A DNA stretch of 64,000 nt, from NCBI GenBank assembly GCA_036267875.1, contig DATAVE010000113.1, forward strand, positions 48,881-112,880. The letters run 5' to 3'. The first letter of the stretch is position 1. The number at the start of each line of letters is the position of its first letter. Position numbers and translations under genes: made by a program. Below are positions 48,211-62,198 of this stretch, one piece after another. The notes beneath the pieces were generated by a model. That model had not been told where the DNA came from. It made no database searches and was given only the letters and a program-made list of their open reading frames with translations. This stretch comes from Mycobacteriales bacterium (GTDB lineage Bacteria; Actinomycetota; Actinomycetes; JAFAQI01).

Positions 48211-49499
48211 CAGCTACGGACGCTTGGGCGATCGTCCTCGCGGCTGTGTTGCTCTTTGCGTGTGCGGTGCTTGCCATCGCCGAGTCAGCTCTCGCCCATG
48301 TTTCACGGTTGCGGGTCGAGGAGCTGGTCCGCGAGGGCCGACGCGGCACCGAGCGGCTGGAGCGCGTGGTCCGCGACGCGCCTACCAACCTCAACGTCCT
48401 CCTGCTAGCGCGCACCGTCGGCGAGATGCTGGTCGCGACGTTGGTGGCGATCGTCTCCGAGCGACAGTTGGCCTCGGTGTGGCAGTCGGCGTTGATCGCC
48501 GGCGTCGGCGTCGCACTGGTGCACTACGTGGTAGTCGGCGTCGCAGCTCGGACCATCGGGCGCCAGCGTTCCGAGCGAATCGCTCTGCTCACCTCTCGCC
48601 TCGTTCTCGGCTTGCGGGCAGTGAGTATCGGCGTGACGCAGATCCTGATCGCCTTCGGTAGCGCCCTCGTTCCCGGCAAGATTGCGCGTGACTCGGGGGT
48701 TACCTCCGAGGCGGAGCTCCGCGACATGGTGGACCAGCTCGGCGAACGGAAGGTGATCGAGCGCAGCGAGCGCGAGATGATCCACTCCGTCTTCGAGCTC
48801 GGCGAGACCCTTGCCCGTGAAGTCATGGTTCCGCGTACCGACATGGTGTGGATCGAACGGTCGAAGACGGTCCGTCACACCATTTCCCTCGCGCTTCGAA
48901 GCGGCTTCTCGCGGATCCCGGTTGTCGGGGACAACGAGGACGACATCGTCGGCGTCGCCTATCTCAAGGATCTGGTGCGACGGGCGTACGACGGCGAAGC
49001 GCAGACCGCGGTACGCGTCGATGAAGTGATGCGCCCGCCATACCTGATCCCCGACTCCAAGCCGGTCGATGAGCTACTGCGCGAGATGCAGGCCAAGCAG
49101 GTCCACGTCGCGATCGTCATCGACGAGTACGGCGGCACCGCCGGGTTGGTGACGATCGAGGACATCCTCGAGGAGATCGTCGGCGAGATCGCGGATGAGT
49201 ACGACCTTGGAGGCCCGCGAGTCGAGGAGCTCGAAGACGGCACAGTACGCGTCAGCGTGCGAGTGCCGATCGACGACCTCGAAGAGCGCTTCGACGTTTC
49301 GTTCGATCTCGAGGACGTCGAAACAGTGGGCGGCCTGCTCGCGACCGAGCTGGGTCGCGTCCCGATCGCGGGCGCGACCGTCGAGCTGCAGGGTCTGCGG
49401 TTCACCGCCGAGGGTGGGAAGGGTCGCCGCAATCAGGTCGGTACCGTCCTCATCGCGCGCCAGGCCGAGCCGGCCGCCACGAAGCGCACCCGCTCGTAG
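48207..49499 (+). CDS. Hemolysin/CorC family protein (DUF21-CBS-CorC_HlyC)
   Basis: N-terminal four-TM DUF21, a tandem CBS pair, and a C-terminal transporter-associated domain. ATGA overlap with ybeY. Confidence 0.9.
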   Translation: MTATDAWAIVLAAVLLFACAVLAIAESALAHVSRLRVEELVREGRRGTERLERVVRDAPTNLNVLLLARTVGEMLVATLVAIVSERQLASVWQSALIAGVGVALVHYVVVGVAARTIGRQRSERIALLTSRLVLGLRAVSIGVTQILIAFGSALVPGKIARDSGVTSEAELRDMVDQLGERKVIERSEREMIHSVFELGETLAREVMVPRTDMVWIERSKTVRHTISLALRSGFSRIPVVGDNEDDIVGVAYLKDLVRRAYDGEAQTAVRVDEVMRPPYLIPDSKPVDELLREMQAKQVHVAIVIDEYGGTAGLVTIEDILEEIVGEIADEYDLGGPRVEELEDGTVRVSVRVPIDDLEERFDVSFDLEDVETVGGLLATELGRVPIAGATVELQGLRFTAEGGKGRRNQVGTVLIARQAEPAATKRTRS

Positions 49500-49509
49500 C
49501 CTGTAGCTC

Positions 49510-49797
49510 GTGGACCCCGAAGACGAGAAGCTCGTCACCCTTGCCCGCTCCGCGCGGGCGCGCAGTGGCGCCGCAGAGGGTGCCGCGGTGCGTGACGACA
49601 TCGGCCGTACCTACGTCGCGGCTACGGTCGAGCTTCCCGCGCTGTCCTTGACGGCGCTTCAGGCGGCGGTTGCCGCGGCCGCGTCCAGCGGCGTAAAGCG
49701 ACTCGAAGCCGCCGTCGTCGTGACGGCCGACGCTGGTGCCGACAGCGGCGTGCTTGCCGGACTGGGCGATCCGGCATTTCACGTGGTCGCCGAGTGA
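49510..49797 (+). CDS. Conserved small protein upstream of era (cytidine-deaminase-like fold, probably non-catalytic)
   Basis: 95 aa at the conserved corC-X-era position. It lacks the H/CAE...PCxxC deaminase zinc ligands. Confidence 0.55.
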   Translation: MDPEDEKLVTLARSARARSGAAEGAAVRDDIGRTYVAATVELPALSLTALQAAVAAAASSGVKRLEAAVVVTADAGADSGVLAGLGDPAFHVVAE

Positions 49798-50699
49798 CGG
49801 CTGAGCCGGTCGACGGATTTCGGTCCGGCTTCGCGTGCATGCTCGGGCGGCCCAACACCGGCAAGTCGACGCTGACCAATGCACTGGTCGGGACCAAGGT
49901 CGCGATCACCAGTGACCGCCCGCAGACCACGCGTCACGCGATCCGCGGGATCGTCTCGCGGCCCGATGGTCAGCTGGTGCTGATCGACACTCCCGGCTTC
50001 CACCGGCCACGTACGTTGCTCGGCCAGCGCCTCAACGACCTCGTTCGCTCGACGGTGGCCGAGGTCGACGTCGTGATCTTCTGCGTACCCGCGACCGACA
50101 AGGTCGGTCCGGGCGATCGGTTCATTGTCGAGCAGCTGCAGGCGATCGCGGGTCGGACGCCGGCGATCGCGGTGATCACTAAGTGCGACGCCGCCGGCAA
50201 GGACATGGTCGGCGAGCGCCTCATCGACGTCTCGAACATGGCGGACTGGGCCGAGGTCGTGCCGGTGAGCGCAGTCGACGGTTTCCAGGTGAGCCTGCTC
50301 GCCGACCTGCTGCTCGCGCGACTTCCGGAGGGTCGGCCGCTCTATCTCGACGACGAGCTGACCGACGCGCCGGAGGCCGTGATGGTCGCGGAGCTGGTGC
50401 GAGAGGCGGCGCTGTCCGGCGTACGAGATGAGCTGCCGCACTCGATCGCAGTAGTGGTCGAAGAGCTCGTGCGCACCGACAAGCAGATCGACATCCATGC
50501 GGTGATGTACGTCGAGCGCGACAGCCAGAAGGGCATCGTCATCGGAGTCGGCGGCGAGCGACTACGCGTCGTCGGGACCGAGGCGCGCCGCCACATCGAG
50601 GCGCTGCTCGGCGCGAAGGTCTACCTCGACTTGCGGGTCAAGGTCGCCAAGGACTGGCAGCGCGACCCGAAGCAGCTCAACCGCCTCGGCTTCTCCTAG
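49794..50699 (+). CDS. era: GTPase Era
   Basis: G1 GRPNTGKST, DTPG, and TKCD (NKxD), plus a KH domain C-terminus. GTGA overlap with the upstream ORF. Confidence 0.95.
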   Translation: MTAEPVDGFRSGFACMLGRPNTGKSTLTNALVGTKVAITSDRPQTTRHAIRGIVSRPDGQLVLIDTPGFHRPRTLLGQRLNDLVRSTVAEVDVVIFCVPATDKVGPGDRFIVEQLQAIAGRTPAIAVITKCDAAGKDMVGERLIDVSNMADWAEVVPVSAVDGFQVSLLADLLLARLPEGRPLYLDDELTDAPEAVMVAELVREAALSGVRDELPHSIAVVVEELVRTDKQIDIHAVMYVERDSQKGIVIGVGGERLRVVGTEARRHIEALLGAKVYLDLRVKVAKDWQRDPKQLNRLGFS

Positions 50700-50718
50700 C
50701 CGGCTGAGGCGCCGGCGG

Positions 50719-53124
50719 CTAGCGCATGACGGCTAGTCCGTCGAGCGCGACGGTCGTTCCGGAGGAGAAGGTGCCACGCACTCCGGCGCACTTGAAGATG
50801 AAGGTGCGCGCTTTCGCCTTGGTATGAATGCCGCCGAAGATCGGGATCGTCGTGTGCGCCGGTGCCGAGCTGAACAGGTCATAGGTGCCGACGTGGCTGT
50901 TGCCGAGGAAGACCGCGAGCTTGCCGTACGTCGGTCCGGTGCGGACCAGTAGCTCGTACGTCCTACCCCTTGCCGTCGCTGTTGCTGACGCGCCCTTGGT
51001 AGAGGTCTCGACGTGTGAGCCGGCGTAGTCGGTCGGGCTGGATACGGTCCGCCACGACCCGCTCAGCCGGAACGTCGTGTCGTCGTAGGGCACCGCAAGG
51101 GTCTGCTTAGCGGCGGTGGCGTGCTTTCCGGCCGCGTCGTACTCGGTGACGCTGACGACGTAGGTCCCGCCGGCGACTCCGGTGAAGTGGTACGAACCGG
51201 TGGTCGGAGCGGTCTTGGCGGTGTAGAGCGGCGCGGCAGCGCCGACGTGGGTGATCGTCACCGATGCGTTCGATGCGAGCAGCGCGCCGGCACCGGGGTT
51301 CGCCGGATGCCAGCGGACCAGGACGTTCGTCGCGTGCTTGCGTACGTGCGGGTCGGCGAGGGCGATCGTCGCGGTCGCGACTGGCGCCTTCGGTGAGAAC
51401 ACGTACGGCGCAAGCGCCGGCCACAACGGCGCTCCAAGACCACTCACCGTGTCGAATCCGGTCCGGGCATGGACTGGCAACACGGCGGAGGCGTGATCGG
51501 CGTCGGCTTGCGCGCCGTTGCTGCCAGCGGTCACGTCGCGGAAGGAGGCGTCACGCTTGCCGGCGTAGGCCGAGTAGAGCGCGCTGTGGATGTCGCCGAC
51601 CCCGCTCGTCGCACCATGCGCCGCCAGCATGTTCGTGAACAACGCGGCCGCGACAGGTGCCGCCAGGCTCGTGCCGCCGACCGTCAAGGTCGCCGGGTTC
51701 GTCAGCGGATTGCAGAACAGCGGCAGCTGGCCCTTGCATGTTGCGTTCTGGTCGGTCGTCAGGATCTGGAAGCCGGTCGCCGGGTCGCCGTTGACGGCGA
51801 TGTCCGGCACCAGGCGGCGCGGCTGGGTGCCGAAGTCGCCCTTCTTCCCAGTCGATGTCGTGAATGGGTCCTTGCCGATCCCGCTGCTCTGGTACGCCGG
51901 CATCGGGAAGGTGTTGGACTCGCCGCCGCCGGAACCACCCGTGCCGGAGCTCGACTGGCAGGCCGCCGGCGTGGTGCACGTCCAACCTGTGTCGGCCCAG
52001 TTGGTGCCGTCGTTCGCGGCGCTCCCACCGACGGCGGTGAGCCGGGTGGCGCCGACTCCAACGACCTCGGGAGAGCTCGCCGGGTAGTCCACGGCAACCT
52101 TGGTCGAGGTCTTCGAGCGGCCGCAGTCGTAGATGCCGTCGTCACCGGTGGCCGCGAAGACGGTCACGCCCGCCGCGTCCAGCGACTGCAGCAACGCCTC
52201 GACGGACTTGATGGAGTCACCCGGGAAGTTCGATGTGAAGTCGTCCTCGCACGCACCCCACGAGGTGGTCAGCGCAGCGATGTGCGGGTCCCCGCCGTCG
52301 GCGGACTTGCCCTGACCCTGCGTCACGTCGGCGAGGACTTGGCTGAGCGCCTGGATGTAGCCGCCAGAGCTGTTGGTGTCGAAGTAGGCGCGTTGATTGG
52401 CGTGCGGTGCAGTCGACAGCAGCGCCTCTTGATCGAGGTCGACCTCCTCATCGAGGTCCGTCGTGGCTGGCGAGATCTTGCTCGAGGCGACCGCGAACTG
52501 CTTGTACTGACCACTCGCCACCGGGTCCGGCGTGATGTTCACCGAGGGCTGCGCGGCGTACTTGCTGAGGTCCACGTCGTTCCAGTTGGCGAACTGCAGT
52601 GACGCGATCGTCAGGTTGCCGTTCTTGTCGCGACCCTCGGACGGCGACTGGAGCGGCTCCGCGTAGGCGTTGCGGAAGTCGGTGCCGTCTAGTGCTGCAT
52701 GCGTGGTGAACAGCGGTGTCGCGCTCGTGTCGGGCAGCACGGCGGAAGCGACTTTTGAGAGCGTGCTGCCGAGCATGCCAAGCGTCGCGTCGAGGACCGA
52801 CAGGGGTGCAGTCGCGTTGATCGTCCAGGCCGTCTGGTGGCCGATATCGAAGCCGGCAGCGGTGAGCGCCGAGCGCACGGTCTGATGCGCTGCCGCGTCC
52901 GGCAGGGCTGCCTCGAGCTGTCGGACCCGCCGCGCGTGGTTGTCACCTGTCGCGTCGGCGAGCTTGGCGAGCAGCGCGGGATTGGGGGCCTTCAGCAGCA
53001 CGGTGATCGAGGTACGAGGGCCCGAGGCCAGAGCGGCGGGCGTGCTCATCACGGCTGCCGCGAGCACGATCGCGCCGACGAGTGCGGCGGCGCGTGGCAG
53101 GCGGCTGACGATCGGCCGAGTCAC
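50719..53124 (-). CDS. Secreted S53 (sedolisin/kumamolisin-like) serine peptidase with pro-domain and long C-terminal beta-rich extension
   Basis: Motifs TSWGACEDD, FAATGDDG and GGTSLAAP (Ser nucleophile). Signal peptide in MTRPIVSRLPRAAALVGAIVLAAAVMSTPAALA. Proposed GTG start at 53124; the track start at 53427 would overlap recO on the opposite strand. Confidence 0.75.
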   Translation of the reverse strand: MTRPIVSRLPRAAALVGAIVLAAAVMSTPAALASGPRTSITVLLKAPNPALLAKLADATGDNHARRVRQLEAALPDAAAHQTVRSALTAAGFDIGHQTAWTINATAPLSVLDATLGMLGSTLSKVASAVLPDTSATPLFTTHAALDGTDFRNAYAEPLQSPSEGRDKNGNLTIASLQFANWNDVDLSKYAAQPSVNITPDPVASGQYKQFAVASSKISPATTDLDEEVDLDQEALLSTAPHANQRAYFDTNSSGGYIQALSQVLADVTQGQGKSADGGDPHIAALTTSWGACEDDFTSNFPGDSIKSVEALLQSLDAAGVTVFAATGDDGIYDCGRSKTSTKVAVDYPASSPEVVGVGATRLTAVGGSAANDGTNWADTGWTCTTPAACQSSSGTGGSGGGESNTFPMPAYQSSGIGKDPFTTSTGKKGDFGTQPRRLVPDIAVNGDPATGFQILTTDQNATCKGQLPLFCNPLTNPATLTVGGTSLAAPVAAALFTNMLAAHGATSGVGDIHSALYSAYAGKRDASFRDVTAGSNGAQADADHASAVLPVHARTGFDTVSGLGAPLWPALAPYVFSPKAPVATATIALADPHVRKHATNVLVRWHPANPGAGALLASNASVTITHVGAAAPLYTAKTAPTTGSYHFTGVAGGTYVVSVTEYDAAGKHATAAKQTLAVPYDDTTFRLSGSWRTVSSPTDYAGSHVETSTKGASATATARGRTYELLVRTGPTYGKLAVFLGNSHVGTYDLFSSAPAHTTIPIFGGIHTKAKARTFIFKCAGVRGTFSSGTTVALDGLAVMR

Positions 53125-53241
53125 GATGTCAGACCTCGCTCTTGACCGGGACGCTGGTTTTCCAACCGTACCCGCGCAACTCGCCACAACTCGTAAGCCA
53201 CACATTGAGCCAACGAGCGGCTCGGCAGAGAGAATCGCTGA

Positions 53242-53988
53242 GTGGCGCTGTATCGCGACGAGGCTGTCGTCCTTCGTACCCAGAAGCTTGGCGAGGCCGA
53301 TCGCATTGTCACGCTGCTGACGCGGCGTCACGGCCGGGTGCGTGCGGTCGCGAAGGGCGTCCGGCGTACCGGATCCAAGTTCGGGTCGCGCGTCGAGCCG
53401 TTCATGCACGTCGATCTGCAGCTGCACACCTCGAACATCGAGGGCAAGGGTGGCCTCGACATCGTCACGCAGGCTGAGACGCTCGCGCCGTACGGCGAGG
53501 CGATTGCAGCGGACTACGGCCGCTACACCGCCGGCACGGCAGTGCTCGAGACCGCCGAGCGGCTCACGGCCGAGGAGCGCGAGCCGTCACTTCGACTGTT
53601 CCTGCTGATGGTCGGCGCCTTGCGCGCGCTGGCCGAGGGTGAGCACACGCCGACGCTCGTGCTCGACGCCTTCATCGTTCGGGCGCTCGCCATCTCGGGC
53701 TACGAGCCGGTGCTCGACGACTGTGCGTTGTGTGGCACCGAAGGACCGCATCGCGCGTTCGTCGTGAGCTCGGGTGGTGTCGTGTGCAACAGCCACCGTC
53801 CCCCCGGTGCTCCGATGGTCTCGGTCGACACGCTGCAGCTGATGGCAGCGCTGCTGAGCGGTGACTGGTCGATCGCCGATGCGGCGAGCCCGAGGACGCA
53901 ACGCGAGACCAGCGGGGTTGTTGCGGCATACCTGCAGTGGCACCTGGAGCGAGGTCTTCGCTCGCTGCGGCTCGTGGAACGCATCTAG
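53242..53988 (+). CDS. recO: DNA repair protein RecO
   Basis: N-terminal OB fold ([30 protein letters not shown]) and a C-terminal zinc motif CALCG...C. GTG start. Confidence 0.9.
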   Translation: MALYRDEAVVLRTQKLGEADRIVTLLTRRHGRVRAVAKGVRRTGSKFGSRVEPFMHVDLQLHTSNIEGKGGLDIVTQAETLAPYGEAIAADYGRYTAGTAVLETAERLTAEEREPSLRLFLLMVGALRALAEGEHTPTLVLDAFIVRALAISGYEPVLDDCALCGTEGPHRAFVVSSGGVVCNSHRPPGAPMVSVDTLQLMAALLSGDWSIADAASPRTQRETSGVVAAYLQWHLERGLRSLRLVERI

Positions 53989-54755
53989 TGGGGAGCAAAG
54001 TCCGGCTGCCGACGGCGCATCCCTCCGGCGCGAAGCCGCCGAAGCTCCCGGCGCAGCTGGTGCCCAACCATGTCGCGATGGTGATGGACGGCAACGGCCG
54101 CTGGGCCAAGGAGCGTGGGCTGCCGCGGACGGCCGGACACGAGCAGGGCGAGAGCTCACTATTCGATGTCGTCGAAGGCGCGATCGAGATCGGCGTGAAG
54201 TGGCTGTCGGCGTACGCCTTCTCGACCGAGAACTGGCGGCGGTCGCCCGACGAGGTTCGGTTCCTCATGGGGTTCAACCGTGACGTCATCCGTCGGCGGC
54301 GCGATGACATGCACGCGATGGGCGTACGGGTGAGGTGGGCTGGCCGTCGGCCCCGGCTGTGGAAGTCAGTGATCGCTGAGCTCGAGACGGCCGAGGAGCT
54401 CACCCGGAACAACCGGGTGCTGACGCTGACGATGTGCGTCAACTACGGCGGCCGCGCCGAGATCGGTGATGCAGCTGCGGCGCTTGCCCGGGATGTCGCG
54501 GCCGGCTTGGTCGATCCGTCGAAGGTCAACCATCGGGTGCTGGCTCGCTATCTCGACGAGCCGGACATGCCCGACGTAGATCTGTTTGTGCGGTCCTCGG
54601 GCGAGCAGCGCACCTCCAACTTCTTGTTGTGGCAGTCGGCGTACGCCGAACTCGTCTTTCAGGACAGGCTCTGGCCGGACTACGACCGCCGAGATCTGTG
54701 GGCAGCAATCGATGAGTACGCGAAGCGCGATCGTCGTTACGGTGGCGCGCTGTGA
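53988..54755 (+). CDS. uppS: Isoprenyl transferase (cis-prenyltransferase UppS family)
   Basis: [22 protein letters not shown] and [15 protein letters not shown] motifs. GTG start overlapping the recO TAG by 1 nt. Confidence 0.9.
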   Translation: MGSKVRLPTAHPSGAKPPKLPAQLVPNHVAMVMDGNGRWAKERGLPRTAGHEQGESSLFDVVEGAIEIGVKWLSAYAFSTENWRRSPDEVRFLMGFNRDVIRRRRDDMHAMGVRVRWAGRRPRLWKSVIAELETAEELTRNNRVLTLTMCVNYGGRAEIGDAAAALARDVAAGLVDPSKVNHRVLARYLDEPDMPDVDLFVRSSGEQRTSNFLLWQSAYAELVFQDRLWPDYDRRDLWAAIDEYAKRDRRYGGAL

Positions 54756-55126
54756 CCGCTCGCCTGCATCACGTCAACATCGTGGTGAAGCCTGGACAGA
54801 CCTCCCAGATCGTCGCCTTCTACGTCGACGTACTTGGACTCACTCAGGTTGTGAAGCCTGTCGAGGGGACGAGTGCTGGAGGTGCGTGGTTCGACATCGA
54901 CTCACACACGCAGCTGCACGTCTCCGAGCGAGCTGACGCGCTCATGCACGACGACATGCACTTCGCGCTGGTCGTCGAGGACTTCGACGGCGTACTGGCT
55001 CGACTGGCCGCGGCAGGTGCTGAGTGGCGAGCGCAGCCGGATCTCTTCGGTGGTCGGCGTGGCTCGACGAGGGATCCGCTGGGCAATCGGATCGAGCTGC
55101 TGGAGCAGACCGGCTCGCTCGCCTAG
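54752..55126 (+). CDS. VOC family protein (glyoxalase/bleomycin-resistance fold)
   Basis: HHVNIVV ... [10 protein letters not shown] ... GNRIELLE, typical of the VOC beta-alpha-beta-beta-beta fold. ATGA overlap with uppS. Confidence 0.75.
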   Translation: MTARLHHVNIVVKPGQTSQIVAFYVDVLGLTQVVKPVEGTSAGGAWFDIDSHTQLHVSERADALMHDDMHFALVVEDFDGVLARLAAAGAEWRAQPDLFGGRRGSTRDPLGNRIELLEQTGSLA

Positions 55127-55142
55127 ACGCCGTTGGCTCGGC

Positions 55143-55385
55143 TCAGCCGTGAACCAGCTTGACGACGGCGACGATGCCGACGGCAAGAATGACCATCAGT
55201 CGCAGCGGTCGTCCTTGCGCGCGAATCTGCGGCCAGGCAATGCGGGTGAGGCCGATCAGGACGGCGTCGGTGATGAGGAGCATCCCGCCACCCGGCCGCC
55301 CCGCTACGAACAACCCTGCGGCGAACAACGCCCCGACAGCGAGCGCGCCAAGGATGATCAGGAGTCGCCGCGCCACGTCCGACAT
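55143..55385 (-). CDS. Hypothetical small membrane protein
   Basis: 80 aa from MSDVARRLLIILGALAVGALFAAGLFVAG, with 2-3 TM helices. The Arg-rich upstream part of the track ORF is discounted. Confidence 0.4.
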   Translation of the reverse strand: MSDVARRLLIILGALAVGALFAAGLFVAGRPGGGMLLITDAVLIGLTRIAWPQIRAQGRPLRLMVILAVGIVAVVKLVHG

Positions 55386-55425
55386 GGTCGCACTAGGCTG
55401 ATGCCTCCCGCCGACCGCCAGCCGG

Positions 55426-56850
<1,425 letters not shown>

Positions 56851-57121
56851 CCTGGGTCAAAGCAAGAGCGCGTAGATCGGGAGCATGGTGCTCGCTTCCG
56901 GTCGCGTTGCGCTGGCTTGTTGCGCCTGGCCGCGCCTTGGTGGAATGTGTCGCTGACGCGCCTAAATGGGCTTCTCAGGCACGTCGGCGACACAATCCAC
57001 CCGCATCGAGACTCAACGGGGCGGATCGAGCCAGGGAGCCTTGGAACGGCTCCCGTCTAAGCGCTGTTGATCTTTTGCTCGTGAGCGGATCAGCCGATCG
57101 GCGGCTGGGTAGGGTTTTGTC

Positions 57122-59811
<2,690 letters not shown>

Positions 59812-59815
<4 letters not shown>

Positions 59816-60444
59816 CCCCGCTGGCCTGGTTTCGCTGGGCCCGCCGGATCTTCCTACTCCTTGTCGTCCTGGTCGTTGGGTACGTCGGCTCGGTCGCGAT
59901 CCACATCTGGTGGGTCGCCCGTGAGGACCAGCATCCGCACTCCGACGCGATCGTCGTGCTTGGCGCCAGCCAGTACAACGGCGTCCCGTCGCCGGTCTTC
60001 GCTGCTCGGCTCGACCACGCCCTCGTCCTCTACAACGAGGGTGTGGCGACGCACATCGTGACCGTCGGGGGGAAGCAGCCGGGCGACACCTATACCGAGG
60101 GCCAGTCCGGTGCGGCGTACCTGCACCAGCACGGCGTCCCGCGCTCGGCACTGGTTGCCCTGCAGACCGGCAAGGACACGCTGCGCAGCCTCGAGGCGGT
60201 CAAGCAGACCTTTGCCGCGCACGACTGGCACACCGCGGTGCTGGTGACCGATCCGTGGCACTGCCTGCGCGCCCGCACGATGGCCCGCGATCTGGGTATC
60301 AAGGCCGACACGTCGCCCGAACGGACCGGGCCGGCCGTGGCGAGCCGCTCGGTCGAGTATCGCTACATCGCGCGGGAGACTGAGGCCTACATCTACTACG
60401 AGATCTTCCACGACGACAACGAACACAGTGCAGGTGTCATCTAA
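59812..60444 (+). CDS. YdcF/ElyC/SanA (DUF218) family membrane protein
   Basis: N-terminal TM helix followed by the DUF218 core (AIVVLGASQYNG...P...RL..A). GTGA overlap with ppdK. Confidence 0.75.
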
Positions 60445-61687
60445 CGATGCGGGTGTTGATGTGAGAGCGGAGTACGACACAACGGCGCGGGCCCGACGGG
60501 TCGACGAGGCCGACAAGTCCGAGCGAGCCGTGCGTGGGTCATTCGTACGCGACCGCGCTCGAGTGATGCACTCGGCGGCGCTGCGGCGCCTCGCCGCGCG
60601 CACCCAGGTCGTCGGCGTTGGCGAGAGCGACTTCCCACGGACGCGGTTGACTCACTCGCTGGAGTGCGCCCAGATCGGCCGTGAGCTCGCCGGCGCATTG
60701 GGCGCGGACCCAGACTTGGTGGACACCGCCTGTCTGGCACACGACCTCGGCCACCCGCCGTTCGGCCACAACGGCGAGCGAGCGCTGTCGGAGTTTGCCG
60801 AGACCTTCGGTGGCTTCGAGGCAAACGCACAGAGCCTGCGCGTCCTCACCCGACTCGAAGCCAAGATTGTCGATGACTCCGGTCAGAGCGTCGGCCTCAA
60901 CCTGACCAGAGCGACGCTGGACGCGGCGACGAAATACCCATGGCCGCGCAGCGACGAACACCCGAAGTTCGGCTTCTATGAGCAGGACCGCGAGGTCTTC
61001 AGCTGGCTGCGGCTCGGCGCGATCCCCGGACAGCGGTCCGTCGAGGCGCAGATCATGGACTGGGCCGATGACGTGGCGTACTCGGTGCACGACCTGGAGG
61101 ACGGAATCCAGGGCGGGTTGGTCTCCCTTGCTCAGCTCGACGACAAGGCTGCCCGTGCCGAGCTGGTCGAGACGGCGCGAGGGACTTACTCGAACGCCTC
61201 CGAGGACGAGCTCCACGCTGCCATCGATCGGTTGGTCGGGCTCGACTGCTGGATTCCCGGCTACGACGGCTCGATGATGGCGATGGTCGCGCTGAAGCGG
61301 ATGACCAGCGAGCTGATCGGCCGGCTGTGCGGGGCTGCCACCCGGGCGACGTGGGATGACGCCGGAGGCACGCCGTTGCGGCGGTACGGCGGGGTGCTCG
61401 TCGTACCTGATGACGCCCGTGCAGAGTGCGCCGTCCTGAAGTCGGTCGCCGCGCACTACGTCATGAACCGGCCCGAGACGATCGCGATTCAGTCCCGCCA
61501 GCGCGAGCAGCTTTCGGAGCTGCTGCACCTGATTGCGGCCGGTGCTCCTGGCACCCTCGAGCCCTGGTTGCGTGAGGCGTTCGATGCAGCCACCGACGAC
61601 GCGGATCGGTTGCGGGTCGTTGTCGACCAGGTGGCATCCCTCACCGACACATCGGCGCTCGCCTGGCACCAGCGCCTCACCGCCTGA
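60428..61687 (+). CDS. dgt: Deoxyguanosinetriphosphate triphosphohydrolase-like HD-domain protein
   Basis: RDRARVMHSAALRRL and the HD motif CLAHDLGHPPFGH. Confidence 0.9.
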   Translation: MQVSSNDAGVDVRAEYDTTARARRVDEADKSERAVRGSFVRDRARVMHSAALRRLAARTQVVGVGESDFPRTRLTHSLECAQIGRELAGALGADPDLVDTACLAHDLGHPPFGHNGERALSEFAETFGGFEANAQSLRVLTRLEAKIVDDSGQSVGLNLTRATLDAATKYPWPRSDEHPKFGFYEQDREVFSWLRLGAIPGQRSVEAQIMDWADDVAYSVHDLEDGIQGGLVSLAQLDDKAARAELVETARGTYSNASEDELHAAIDRLVGLDCWIPGYDGSMMAMVALKRMTSELIGRLCGAATRATWDDAGGTPLRRYGGVLVVPDDARAECAVLKSVAAHYVMNRPETIAIQSRQREQLSELLHLIAAGAPGTLEPWLREAFDAATDDADRLRVVVDQVASLTDTSALAWHQRLTA

Positions 61688-61700
61688 CCCGGCCGTTCAG

Positions 61701-62147
61701 ATGATCGAGCAGCTTTCGGTCCGCGAGGCGACGGCAGGCGAGGTACTGCCGCTGCGGATGGCGGTGCTACGGCCGTCGATGCCGGTTGAGCTCGCTGACT
61801 ATGACGCCTACGCCGAGACCCGACACGTCGCGGCCTTCGCTGACGATGTCGTGCTCGGGTGCGCGACCGTCTTCCCGTCACCGTACGAGGACATCGATGC
61901 GGCATGGCAGCTGCGCGGGATGGCGGTGGCCGCGGGTCGGCAAGGCCAGGGCATCGGCGCCCTGGTGCTCAGCGGCGCAATCGAGCTCGTTCGAGTCGCC
62001 GGCGCGCCGGTCCTGTGGGCCAACGCGCGGACGACCGCGCTTGTCTTCTATGAGCGGCTCGGATTCACGGTCATCGGCGAGGAGTACCTCCACGGCGCGC
62101 TGAAGCTGCCACACAAGCTGATCTTGCTTACCTTGGACGCGGTGTAG
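61701..62147 (+). CDS. GNAT family N-acetyltransferase
   Basis: Acetyl-CoA binding motif A (RGMAVAAGRQGQGIGALV). Start MIEQLSV at 61701; the track ORF from 61533 overlaps dgt. Confidence 0.8.
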   Translation: MIEQLSVREATAGEVLPLRMAVLRPSMPVELADYDAYAETRHVAAFADDVVLGCATVFPSPYEDIDAAWQLRGMAVAAGRQGQGIGALVLSGAIELVRVAGAPVLWANARTTALVFYERLGFTVIGEEYLHGALKLPHKLILLTLDAV

Positions 62148-62198
62148 CCGTCACTTGCCAGGGGGTGACGTAGGCCACTTCTCGAATAGACTGCCGCT

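Noticed and set aside
60539-61669. 376-aa minus ORF
   Set aside because: Antisense to the dGTPase gene, which has an HD motif.
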